Origin: a virus
Lineage: Duplodnaviria > Caudoviricetes
Length of the DNA: 26,677 nucleotides
Strand: one strand, 5' to 3'
Virus record (IMG/VR): IMGVR_UViG_3300040733_000120
Location: 1-26,677 of that record
The notes beneath the pieces are model-generated. The model was not told where the DNA came from. It was given only the letters and a program-made list of their open reading frames with translations, and ran no database searches. Every line of letters starts with the position of its first letter. The first letter of the stretch is position 1. The position numbers were made by a program, and so were the translations under genes. This document shows positions 16,773-24,694 of this stretch, piece after piece.

Positions 16773-17864
16773 TTAGGGAACGATGTCCAGGGCGCCGATG
16801 CCGTTGTTGTCAACGACGTTGAAGGATCCCCATTCGGTCACCACGGTGGAGACCTCCTGGGTGCGGATCAGCTTCTCGGTCTCGCTCATCTGGGCGGTAT
16901 CGGAGGTGACGTACTGGCCGGCGCGTTCGGAGTCCAGGCCCAGCAGGATGTTGCCGGAAAGCACTCCGGGGACATTCCACTCGAAACCCTGCGGCATCGG
17001 AATGGAGGTGGCGGCCCACTGGCTGGGCGGGTTCTGCATGTCCGAGAGCATGTCCCAGACCTTTTGCATGTCGACTTTCAGGCCGACATACTTGTCGATC
17101 TTGTAGGGCTGTTCCAGAGCGCTGCAGAACTTGATGAAATCCAGCTTGACCACCGTGCCGGAATTGGCGACATCGACGGTCAGGGCATCCTTGAGCCCGT
17201 TGGAATTGCCGTCGCCGTTGAGCATGGTCAAGATGAGGTCGTTGGTCTGATCCACGCCGATCTGATCTCCCACGCGCTTCAGGATGAAGGCGTAGAAGTT
17301 GATCGGGGCCATGTAGACCTCCTCATACTTGAAGCGGAACTCGCGCCAGAACTTGTTGATCGTGGTGGTCACACCGGCGATCGTGACGGTCGTGCGCGGG
17401 GCAGCTCCGCCAATTCCGGACTTGGCCAGCTGGCGCTGGGCCTCGGTCTCGGTCATGTAGAGCTTGCGGTATTCAAAGCCCTTGACCACCGCGATGTTGG
17501 TCACCAGCTGTGAAACCAGCGAGGTTTTCAGCGCCTGGGCATGGATGGTGCGGTCGATGAACTCCGGGAACAGGACCGCGGTATCGGAGACCTGGAAAAA
17601 CTTCTCGATGCGATCGGTGAAATTCCCGAATGCCTTGATGCCGTACTCAGCCAGGGTCAGCTCGTAGGCATCCATGGGCACCTGCTTGCCCTGGGCCTGC
17701 ATGTTTGCCTTAATAGCCAGGCGTTCAAAGTTGGAAAGACCCTGGTACGGAGTGGGCTCCAGCCCTTTCTCCACCCGGTGGTCTTCCAGCCAGACGCCGA
17801 ACGGAATGCCTTTGAGCTTCGCCTCTTCGTACATCCCGCTTTCGAGTTTGATTTTATTTCCCAC
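16773..17864 (-). CDS. Major capsid protein (HK97 fold, inferred)
   Basis: 363 aa, GTG start with AAGGAG SD; after protease-scaffold and decoration genes; AVLFPEFIDRTI, TINKFWREFRFKYE and ILTMLNGDGN segments typical of HK97-fold capsids; strong GC3 codon bias. Confidence 0.85.
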   Translation of the reverse strand: MGNKIKLESGMYEEAKLKGIPFGVWLEDHRVEKGLEPTPYQGLSNFERLAIKANMQAQGKQVPMDAYELTLAEYGIKAFGNFTDRIEKFFQVSDTAVLFPEFIDRTIHAQALKTSLVSQLVTNIAVVKGFEYRKLYMTETEAQRQLAKSGIGGAAPRTTVTIAGVTTTINKFWREFRFKYEEVYMAPINFYAFILKRVGDQIGVDQTNDLILTMLNGDGNSNGLKDALTVDVANSGTVVKLDFIKFCSALEQPYKIDKYVGLKVDMQKVWDMLSDMQNPPSQWAATSIPMPQGFEWNVPGVLSGNILLGLDSERAGQYVTSDTAQMSETEKLIRTQEVSTVVTEWGSFNVVDNNGIGALDIVP

Positions 17865-17897
17865 GACAGAACTCCTTGTTGATTGACGGTAAGAGGG

Positions 17898-18332
17898 TTA
17901 GCTGAAAAGCACGTCGACCGTTTCAGCCGAGGTGTTGATGCCGATGACGGTGCCGATCCCGCCGGCGTCGTGCTCGACGTATTTGTAATCGGAGCCTTCC
18001 ACCCGGACCTTGTTGCCCAGGGAAAAGCTGGTGCCGGTCCGGTAGGGCAGGGTTTTGACGATATTCTGCAGGACCTCGACACCCAGGTCATAGGTGCCGT
18101 CGGCCTTGTTCTCGCGCCATGAGGTGATGATCATGGCCGGGTTTTCCGTGTCAGCCTGCAGGCTCACCTGGTAGTTGGCCGCGTTGGAGAATTTCACGAA
18201 ATGGCCATTGACGACGGTGCCTGCCAGAATCATCGCATCGATGGCGGCCTTGAGGGTCGCATCGGCCTGGACAGTAAGTTGCAGGGGTTCGCCCACATCG
18301 CCGCCACCCATCAATCTTGCGGTATTTCCCAT
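17898..18332 (-). CDS. Head decoration/cement protein (putative)
   Basis: 144 aa beta-rich protein between scaffold and capsid; ends GTVIGINTSAETVDVLF; AGGAG SD. Confidence 0.6.
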   Translation of the reverse strand: MGNTARLMGGGDVGEPLQLTVQADATLKAAIDAMILAGTVVNGHFVKFSNAANYQVSLQADTENPAMIITSWRENKADGTYDLGVEVLQNIVKTLPYRTGTSFSLGNKVRVEGSDYKYVEHDAGGIGTVIGINTSAETVDVLFS

Positions 18333-18377
18333 GGTACTGATCTCCTGAAAAATGATTGTGATAGTGACTTGCCAGCC

Positions 18378-19523
18378 TTACCAGGCCTGGCCGCCCATGA
18401 CGACCCTGGCTTCCTTGGCCTTGCCGCCTTCGGTGTTTTCGGGGAGTGCCCCGGCCTGCGGGTGCTTTTCCTTGAAGATCTTCTGATACTCGGCCAGCCG
18501 CTCTTTGATCTGGGCCACACTCAGGGTTTTGAGAGCTGCCCGGCGTTCCTCGACCTTGTCCAGCTCGATCAGGCCAGCCAGAGACCCCATCTTGATGGTC
18601 TCCTCGACCAGGCTGTCGACGTACTCGCTGGCCAGGGTGATGGCAGCCTTGGCCTTTTCGGCATCGCCGACTGAAGCCTTGAGTGCCGCAAGCTCGTCCT
18701 GCGCGGCCTTGAGGTTTCTCTCGCTCTCGGCGAGCTTGCCTTGGGCCTCGGTGACCTTCGCCTGCTCACCTTCAGCAGCATCGGTCAGAGCCTTCAGGCT
18801 GTCGGGCTTTTCGCTGTCGAGCTCGAATTCCTTGCCAAACATTTTGACTTTGATCATTTCCGGATCTCCTTCATCGGGTGACTTTTTGGAGCCTGCGCCG
18901 TACTGACTGCCCAAAAACACCAGCGATCCTTCCAGGGCCTCGGTCCGTTTGCTCCCTCCTTGGTACTTGTATTCCCGCCACAGGAGGTTATTGCTTTCGT
19001 CAGTGACTTCTGCAGCACGTCCTGCGGAAAAACCAATCGAAACGTGGGTGTTGATGCCGGCCCCGATCTTGCGCGCCCAGGGCGAATCGGCAAGCATGTA
19101 CATCTTTACATCAAGAAAGGCAATATGCCCGTCGATCCCCTGGATCTTCTCCAGCTGCTTGCGCAAGACTTCAGAATCAGGGTGATCTGAGGCAATCGAT
19201 AGTGCCTCATCGATAGAGACCTGCAGTACTTCAGCGCCGTAGAACTTGCCCTCCCCAGGGGGGCCCCACAAATGGGCGATGAGAAACTCCTTGCCCACGA
19301 TGGTCTTGGCAAACTGGTTTAAAGTGCCGATGGTGAAGCGCTCCCCGTCGCGGTCGACAAAGTTGTGGGCCAGATGGAACTTGAAGGTCTTGACCTCCTC
19401 CGGACTGAATCCTTCCGGATCGACCATAAACGACTTGATCAGCTCCCACTCCTGGTCTGTCGCCTTGACCGCTTTGATCTGGGGCACCGCATACTGGATG
19501 ATGCGTTTCTGCATATCGGGCAT
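18378..19523 (-). CDS. Prohead protease fused to C-terminal scaffolding coiled coil
   Basis: N-terminal NFVDRDGERF, LIAHLW (His), VSIGFS (Ser) and EGSLVFLGSQ motifs of HK97-like maturation proteases; Ala/Glu/Lys-rich coiled coil from about residue 223. Confidence 0.8.
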   Translation of the reverse strand: MPDMQKRIIQYAVPQIKAVKATDQEWELIKSFMVDPEGFSPEEVKTFKFHLAHNFVDRDGERFTIGTLNQFAKTIVGKEFLIAHLWGPPGEGKFYGAEVLQVSIDEALSIASDHPDSEVLRKQLEKIQGIDGHIAFLDVKMYMLADSPWARKIGAGINTHVSIGFSAGRAAEVTDESNNLLWREYKYQGGSKRTEALEGSLVFLGSQYGAGSKKSPDEGDPEMIKVKMFGKEFELDSEKPDSLKALTDAAEGEQAKVTEAQGKLAESERNLKAAQDELAALKASVGDAEKAKAAITLASEYVDSLVEETIKMGSLAGLIELDKVEERRAALKTLSVAQIKERLAEYQKIFKEKHPQAGALPENTEGGKAKEARVVMGGQAW

Positions 19524-19541
19524 CTTGTCCCTCTATAAATG

Positions 19542-19593
19542 AAAAAGGCCGCCACAACCCGGAGGCAGGAGAATGCCCGGGGTTGCAGCGGCC
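19542..19593 (-). terminator. Long stem-loop with U tract upstream of the protease/capsid genes
   Basis: Coding strand GGCCGCTGCAACCCCGGGCA-TTCTCC-TGCCTCCGGGTTGTGGCGGCC-TTTTT. Confidence 0.7.
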
Positions 19594-19629
19594 CGTTTGT
19601 TTGGTTACCGCGCTACAAAAATATGTCAA

Positions 19630-19809
19630 CTACTTCAAGGCTAAATCGGCTGCGTTGATCTTGGTAAAGTAAAAGGTGAAATTATCCTTCCCGCTGCCGT
19701 CGTGCCTCAGCTCAATCGTTGCCCGAATCTGCTTGGAGGCAATCTGTTTCAGGATCCCGGCGATGTCGTCCACGCCGTACACCTGTTCCTTCTTCGGCTG
19801 CTCCGGCAT
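19630..19809 (-). CDS. Small hypothetical protein (59 aa), absent from the ORF track
   Basis: MPEQPKKEQVYGVDDIAGILKQIASKQIRATIELRHDGSGKDNFTFYFTKINAADLALK*; purine-rich SD (GAGGAGGTGAGAAAGG-ATG); codon usage matches neighbours. Confidence 0.65.
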   Translation of the reverse strand: MPEQPKKEQVYGVDDIAGILKQIASKQIRATIELRHDGSGKDNFTFYFTKINAADLALK

Positions 19810-19972
19810 CCTTTCTCACCTCCTCAGCACCATCCTGAAAATATTTCGGCAGCTGTGTCTGTGTTTCCTGCCACTCCGGCGCTGAGCCGGTCCGGACACA
19901 CTGATGCACCGATTTGTCATTGGCTGGATAACAGAAACGTTGTCCGCATTTCTCGCAGACTGCAAAAGGCAT
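19712..19972 (-). CDS. Small Zn-ribbon-like protein, paralogous to the N-terminus of the GT9 gene
   Basis: ATG 19972 with GAGG SD; MPFAVCEKCGQRFCYPANDKSVHQC; 3' end overlaps the next gene by about 100 nt, so it may be partly degenerate. Confidence 0.45.
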   Translation of the reverse strand: MPFAVCEKCGQRFCYPANDKSVHQCVRTGSAPEWQETQTQLPKYFQDGAEEVRKDAGAAEEGTGVRRGRHRRDPETDCLQADSGND

Positions 19973-19982
19973 GGTAAAACCC

Positions 19983-20933
19983 TCAAAATACTCCACTAGC
20001 CCACTTTGGTAAACCTTTAGGCAAATACTGTACCATGCAAATGTGTCTACGAGTTACCAGTATCTCTACTGCCTCAGCCAGCTTGTACTGATAGCCTGGC
20101 TGTTCCATTAAAGCTATCGCCCTTCCCTCCGGCGCCAGGGGCCTCCACTGTGAATCCCGATAGCCCCAGCCGATCACATAACCGCCGGCGGCCGCGGCGA
20201 TGTGCAGGATCCCGGAATCTTTGCCGATGGTAAACATGGCGCCTTTGCACAGCCAGGCAATTTCCGGAAGAGTCAGCTTGCCTCGCAGATCGATGGCAAA
20301 TTCCGGCAGCCAGGCCATGGATAGCGGAGAATCATTACCAACCAGGATTATCCGATCGATCTCCACTCTGGCCTTTAAAAGTGTGCAAATTTTGAACAGA
20401 TTATCCGCCTCGATATCAGTCACATTTTTGGGGCTGCAGCGCCCGATTTGCCGGAGGTTCACCACAACAGAATTCCGCAGATCCACACCCCGGGGGAGCG
20501 CAAACTCCTCCGGTTCAAACCACAGCCTCGGCCAGTAGCCGTCCCTGACAAAGGCTTGGACCTCGTTGGTCAGGATATAGGCGATTGCATCAGGCGGCGC
20601 CGGATTCAGAGGGCCGGCGTTGTCGGCCCAGAATATTAGATCAGCCCCAATGCGGGAGGCGATTCCCGCGGTCCCGACCACATCCATGATCTGGATCTCA
20701 GGATAAAGAGCAGCAAACCGCTCCATCAAAAAGCTCTTGAAAAGATAGTCCCCGATCCCCGGCCCTGCAGGTCCGAACATGACTGTACTCCCCGACTCAG
20801 GCTTGGGAAACCGCCGGGAATGGATCACCGTGTAGCAGTTGGCGCACTCGAACCGTCTGAGCTTGTGCAGGGGCTCGTCTCCTGCAGGGTAGGTGACCTT
20901 GTTTCCGCATTTGGTGCAGGTGTAGGATGGCAT
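19983..20933 (-). CDS. Glycosyltransferase family 9 (ADP-heptose:LPS heptosyltransferase-like) with N-terminal Zn ribbon
   Basis: GIGDYLF near the N-terminus and DLRGKLTLPEIAWLCKGAMFTIGKDSGILHIAAA (GT9 DSGxxHxAAA signature); CTKC...CANC at the N-terminus; start re-assigned to ATG 20933 (316 aa) because the longer frame overlaps the upstream gene. Confidence 0.85.
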   Translation of the reverse strand: MPSYTCTKCGNKVTYPAGDEPLHKLRRFECANCYTVIHSRRFPKPESGSTVMFGPAGPGIGDYLFKSFLMERFAALYPEIQIMDVVGTAGIASRIGADLIFWADNAGPLNPAPPDAIAYILTNEVQAFVRDGYWPRLWFEPEEFALPRGVDLRNSVVVNLRQIGRCSPKNVTDIEADNLFKICTLLKARVEIDRIILVGNDSPLSMAWLPEFAIDLRGKLTLPEIAWLCKGAMFTIGKDSGILHIAAAAGGYVIGWGYRDSQWRPLAPEGRAIALMEQPGYQYKLAEAVEILVTRRHICMVQYLPKGLPKWASGVF

Positions 20934-20943
20934 CTTCAGTCTC

Positions 20944-21141
20944 TCAATTCCGGTCTTTGGGCTCGAAAAGGATATCATTGTCCTGACCCGGGTGATGCTT
21001 ATCATGGATAAAATCATCAGACTGAATTTCTTCCGGGATTCCCTCCGGAAATGCCAAGCATGCGTTTTTCTTGATTTCATGATGGTAAAAATGTCTGCAT
21101 GAAAGACACTGCATCGATTTTGATTGACCTAAAGTGTTCAT
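20944..21141 (-). CDS. Small Cys/His-rich protein, putative orphan immunity protein (copy 2)
   Basis: 65 aa; CLSCRHFYHHE...CLAFPEGIPEEI...IHDKHHPGQDNDILFE; gap-free paralog of 21245..21457. Confidence 0.65.
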   Translation of the reverse strand: MNTLGQSKSMQCLSCRHFYHHEIKKNACLAFPEGIPEEIQSDDFIHDKHHPGQDNDILFEPKDRN

Positions 21142-21240
21142 TGATTATCCTTTTGATGGATGTGTTCACATCAAGAAATAGAGTCGCATAATATTCTCGC
21201 CTGAGCCATCTACGTGGTCCGGATCAGCGTTCTGCCAGAT
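21142..21240 (-). pseudogene. Decayed remnant of a MuF toxin C-terminus
   Basis: Removing a 4-nt insertion gives WQNADPDQMAQARIL, and further on SIKRIINEHF; these align with the toxin end WSQATPEQRAEAELIFNKVERLINELF. DNA matches include cgcctgagccatct vs cgcctcagccctct. Confidence 0.6.
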
Positions 21241-21244
21241 CGAA

Positions 21245-21457
21245 TTATTGCCTCCTCGGGCCACCTTCTTCGCTGGATTCGAAAAGGATGTCATTGTCCT
21301 GACCCGGATGGCGTTTATCGTGGATAAATTCGCTGTCCAGAATATCGTCCGGGATCCGATCAGGGAAGGCTGCACATGAGAGCTTTTTTGTCTCATGGCG
21401 ATAAAAATGCTTGCACCGCATGCACCTGGGTGCCCGGACAGTCTTAGAAGAGTTCAT
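21245..21457 (-). CDS. Small Cys/His-rich protein, putative cognate immunity protein of the MuF toxin (copy 1)
   Basis: 70 aa overlapping the toxin stop; CMRCKHFYRHE...CAAFPDRIPDDI...IHDKRHPGQDNDILFE. Confidence 0.65.
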   Translation of the reverse strand: MNSSKTVRAPRCMRCKHFYRHETKKLSCAAFPDRIPDDILDSEFIHDKRHPGQDNDILFESSEEGGPRRQ

Positions 21458-23327
21458 TGATCAGCCTTTCCACTTTATTAAAAATTAGTTCCGCCTCAGC
21501 CCTCTGTTCTGGAGTGGCTTGGCTCCAAGGAATGGGATTGGAATAACGATTGGTTTCTGCAAAAAGCCTGCCCATCCCAGTTATTAAACGGTCCATCTCA
21601 ATTGTTGCTGGATGCGACTCTGCGCCACCTAAAATCATTTCAGCAAATGCCTCGGAAAAAGCTTCATGATCATTTTTCAAGGCATAAGCACTAAGATTAG
21701 TATCAATGGAGCTTTGCAATTTTGAAAATATCCGATTCGTAAATCTGGACATCTCTCCGGTACCGTCCTCTCGGACAACTGGAGAATAGCTAAAATGTAG
21801 TGATTTTTTCCAATAATCTTCAAGTCCATGTCCAAATTCATGAATAAGAACTGAACTAATTTTCCCCGTGTGTTTTGGATGCCATCCCGTTTTAACATCC
21901 TCTTCAAGCGCTTCTCTTAAAACGACTGGAAACTTGAAAAAGTTTGAGTTTAGCACCATCTCCACTGAAATCTTTCGAAACTCCGCATAGCGATCATCTC
22001 TTAATATATCATTAAACAGACCCGCGAAATGATTCGCAGCTTCAGGATATTCCCGAGCCAAATCATCAAGCGCTACCAGGCTTTCATTAATGGCATCAAT
22101 GTGGCAATTCTTCAGATCCACTTTCCAGTGCGGGAATTTATCTTTCAACCATCTCTCAGCCTCTTTGATGGTTTTGAATGGGCCAGAATTGCCGCTGTCT
22201 GATGGCGGCAGTGCCCCGGATGAAAGGTCTGAACGCCTGGTCTTTAGATCCTCACGCATCTTATCAAGCTCAGCCTGGCTCCAGGACATCCCGCCCGGCT
22301 CGTTTTTGTATGGCGACGGCCTGGTCCATCTGGGCTGGAGCTCCCCAGAGTGTCCACCACGGCCGTAAGTAGCAATCCTCGCGCACATGCAATGAGGATG
22401 GGTTGATGAAACCGGTTCTGGCCCTTCCCCTAATCTCCATACTTTTCCATCAAGCCATCCGCAGATAATACAGCACCCAGCTCCGGCAGACCACTCCTCG
22501 TAGTTGCAGCCATTTTCCTGGGCCATTTTGTCAAAGGCGAGGTTGGCGGCTAGAGTAGCTTCGGAGCGGGCAATCCGCTGCCAGTACCAGGCTGCACCCT
22601 CGCCGATGATGTCATGGAGCTTGCGGCCCACCTCGATCGGCCACCTTCCCTTGTAGCTCATGTCGATGAGCATGTCCCGGACCTTGTCCATCCGCCGGAC
22701 AGCAAGCTCTGTTGAAATTCTCTTGCCAGCTGCTTTCAGCATTGCGCGAAAATAATCCCTGTTGGGATCCGGCATGATCATCGCCAAAATTGTTCCATCA
22801 TCGGCAATGTTTTGCAGGTGTCTGTACTGGTTTCGCGCCTCAACATCGAATGCCTCAGCGAGGAACCGTACTACGATCCACTTGATGCTCGTGAAATCGA
22901 AGGAATCGGTAAGTCCTTTGCCACTGCTGGCATATTCCGGTCCGAGCAGATCCTCCAGCCATTCTCTGATTATCACCTTCAGACGCAAGGCCATAGTGTC
23001 CTGGTAGCGGAATTGATCCCCGGTCTGAGCTGTGGCGCCGGTCACGATCGCCCTGCGGACCTGCTCAATTCCCGGGAGATTCAAGACCTCGAGCATCCTG
23101 GATTCGTAGATGGTGGTTTTATCCATCAATGCCTTGAAAAACCCCCTATGGACTTTCGCCATCTCCGGATTACGATGCTTGCGCAAGGCAAACAGGAGCT
23201 CATTGACAGCCGGCCCTTTGGTGCCATAAACGTGTACGGATTTTCCACAACCGCACATATCATCTTGAGGCGCATGGAGGCCCCTGGCTATGCATGAGTT
23301 CCGGATTGCCTCCTCAACAGTTATCAT
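21444..23327 (-). CDS. MuF/SPP1 gp7-family head morphogenesis protein with C-terminal zincin metallopeptidase (polymorphic toxin) domain
   Basis: Follows the portal (ATGA overlap); MuF motifs RIARSEA, CCIICGWLDGK, THPHCMC; AT-rich C-terminal ~245 aa with LIHEFGHGL (21828-21842) and SAYALKNDHEAFSEAFAE. Confidence 0.88.
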   Translation of the reverse strand: MITVEEAIRNSCIARGLHAPQDDMCGCGKSVHVYGTKGPAVNELLFALRKHRNPEMAKVHRGFFKALMDKTTIYESRMLEVLNLPGIEQVRRAIVTGATAQTGDQFRYQDTMALRLKVIIREWLEDLLGPEYASSGKGLTDSFDFTSIKWIVVRFLAEAFDVEARNQYRHLQNIADDGTILAMIMPDPNRDYFRAMLKAAGKRISTELAVRRMDKVRDMLIDMSYKGRWPIEVGRKLHDIIGEGAAWYWQRIARSEATLAANLAFDKMAQENGCNYEEWSAGAGCCIICGWLDGKVWRLGEGPEPVSSTHPHCMCARIATYGRGGHSGELQPRWTRPSPYKNEPGGMSWSQAELDKMREDLKTRRSDLSSGALPPSDSGNSGPFKTIKEAERWLKDKFPHWKVDLKNCHIDAINESLVALDDLAREYPEAANHFAGLFNDILRDDRYAEFRKISVEMVLNSNFFKFPVVLREALEEDVKTGWHPKHTGKISSVLIHEFGHGLEDYWKKSLHFSYSPVVREDGTGEMSRFTNRIFSKLQSSIDTNLSAYALKNDHEAFSEAFAEMILGGAESHPATIEMDRLITGMGRLFAETNRYSNPIPWSQATPEQRAEAELIFNKVERLINELF

Positions 23328-24694
23328 TCGGCCCTCGAGAGCATGACAGCAAGCCTGGTGCCCTTGGCGTCCATGTAGCTCTTTGCGATCGCATCGGTCC
23401 CGCCGGCCGCCTTGACCGATTCCTCGGATTCAATGCCGTTGACAACCAGGTATTCGACAAAGGCATCCGGGGTGATGAGAGCTGCATCCAGGAGGGCAAT
23501 CCGGGCATCGATCTCCTTCTGTTGGGCAGTGGCATTCTGCAGCCGGGCCCGGGCGGTTTTCTCATCATCCTGCAGGTTGACCGGCTCCCATTCGTGCATC
23601 CACTTGACTCCGTTCAGGCCATTGAGGACCAGCGCAGTCGTAAAAACCCGCTCGATGATCGGATCCAGCCGCGATCGGCGTGTCCAGACCTCAGTGGTGA
23701 GCATATCCGACTGCTCCTTGGCCATCCTCTCGGTAGTCGACCAGCTCAGGCCGAACATGAAGGGCGGCAGGCCCGTACGAGCGACGATCTGCTCCATGGT
23801 GATCTTGGTCGGCACGGTCAGATCCGGAAGCTCAGCATCGCCGCCAAGGACCTTGACCTCGAGTTTGCCTGCCGGGGCATAGCCGAATCCCAGGTCCATC
23901 AAACCGCCGGCTTTGCGGGTGAGCATGGCTTCCTGCATGTCAATGGCCTTGGCACCAAGATCTTTCTTGAGCTCGTCCGGGGTTTGCCCTTCGCCGGCCA
24001 TCTGGAGGATGAGGAAGGTGGGATCCCCGACACGCCATGCAGTCGAGTCTATCGCATGCTGGATGCGCATGATGGTCTTTACCACCGCCGGCAGGCTGCT
24101 CAGCAGGGAGACTCCCTGGGGGTGACCGTCGCGCAGATCGAAGGCAAGGTAATAGATCAGAGATTGATCGGCCATCTCGACGGGCTTGAATCCGTAGCGG
24201 TCCATCTGGCCAAGAGAAAGTTTGCCATTGTCGTCGACCATAAAGCGGAAGTCGTTGGCCCGGGCCACCTTGAGACGGTCAACACCTTTCAGCAGCGCAT
24301 CCGGTACCAGCTCACCTATGCCGAAGCCCTTGGCGATGGCAGAGTCTGCCAGCTGGGTAAGAAATGAGTTGAATCCGCCATCAATCCATCCGACGCGCAC
24401 CTGCTTCTTGGTGGCATCCAGCACTTCCTGGGCCCGGGTGTTGCCCATGGCGTCCAGGCGAAAGTCCCCGATCAGCTGTACAAGCTTCAGGATCGCTACA
24501 TCCAGGACCGGGGAGACCTCCCGTATCACATCATAGAGATCCAGGCTGCCCCGCACTTCGATAGCACCAGACAGCCGGCTGATCACATCCCTCTGCCATG
24601 GATCGATAGTCTGCGCTCGGCGGAGAGTGGTCCGCATTGGTTGTCTTTCGGCAGGAGCTTTACTCTTCCAGAATTGAAATCCCATCGTTCTCAC
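23324..24694 (-). CDS. Portal protein
   Basis: About 455 aa between TerL and MuF; HPQGVSLLSSL, EQIVARTGLPPFMFG and WEPVNLQD motifs typical of portals; the true start may be ATG 24685 (GAGGTG SD). Confidence 0.88.
   Translation of the reverse strand: MRTMGFQFWKSKAPAERQPMRTTLRRAQTIDPWQRDVISRLSGAIEVRGSLDLYDVIREVSPVLDVAILKLVQLIGDFRLDAMGNTRAQEVLDATKKQVRVGWIDGGFNSFLTQLADSAIAKGFGIGELVPDALLKGVDRLKVARANDFRFMVDDNGKLSLGQMDRYGFKPVEMADQSLIYYLAFDLRDGHPQGVSLLSSLPAVVKTIMRIQHAIDSTAWRVGDPTFLILQMAGEGQTPDELKKDLGAKAIDMQEAMLTRKAGGLMDLGFGYAPAGKLEVKVLGGDAELPDLTVPTKITMEQIVARTGLPPFMFGLSWSTTERMAKEQSDMLTTEVWTRRSRLDPIIERVFTTALVLNGLNGVKWMHEWEPVNLQDDEKTARARLQNATAQQKEIDARIALLDAALITPDAFVEYLVVNGIESEESVKAAGGTDAIAKSYMDAKGTRLAVMLSRAE

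Larger units (their letters stand above)
20944..21530. repeat. Diverged tandem duplication (316-nt offset) of toxin tip plus immunity gene
   Basis: The ATGs at 21457 and 21141, and the block tcgaaaaggat(g/a)tcattgtcctgacccgg at 21279 and 20963, are both exactly 316 nt apart. Confidence 0.8.

Noticed and set aside
19600-19629. Possible sigma70 promoter (TTGACA) upstream of the protease gene
   Set aside because: No convincing -10 hexamer at 16-18 nt spacing (best is TAACCA); mentioned only within a finding.
20934-21080. 49-aa N-terminal extension of the GT9 ORF in the track
   Set aside because: It is an alternative frame over the second immunity-like gene; ATG 20933 follows that gene's stop and matches the paralogous leader at 19972.
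21166-21396. 76-aa minus-strand ORF overlapping immunity copy 1
   Set aside because: Mostly an alternative frame of the immunity-like gene; only its 3' end coincides with the decayed toxin remnant.
23294-24367. Long plus-strand ORF (357 aa) antisense to the portal, and similar ones such as 16695..17513, 4876..5589 and 24637..25269
   Set aside because: Antisense shadows of GC3-biased genes; no motifs, unnatural composition, and fully overlapping confident minus-strand genes.
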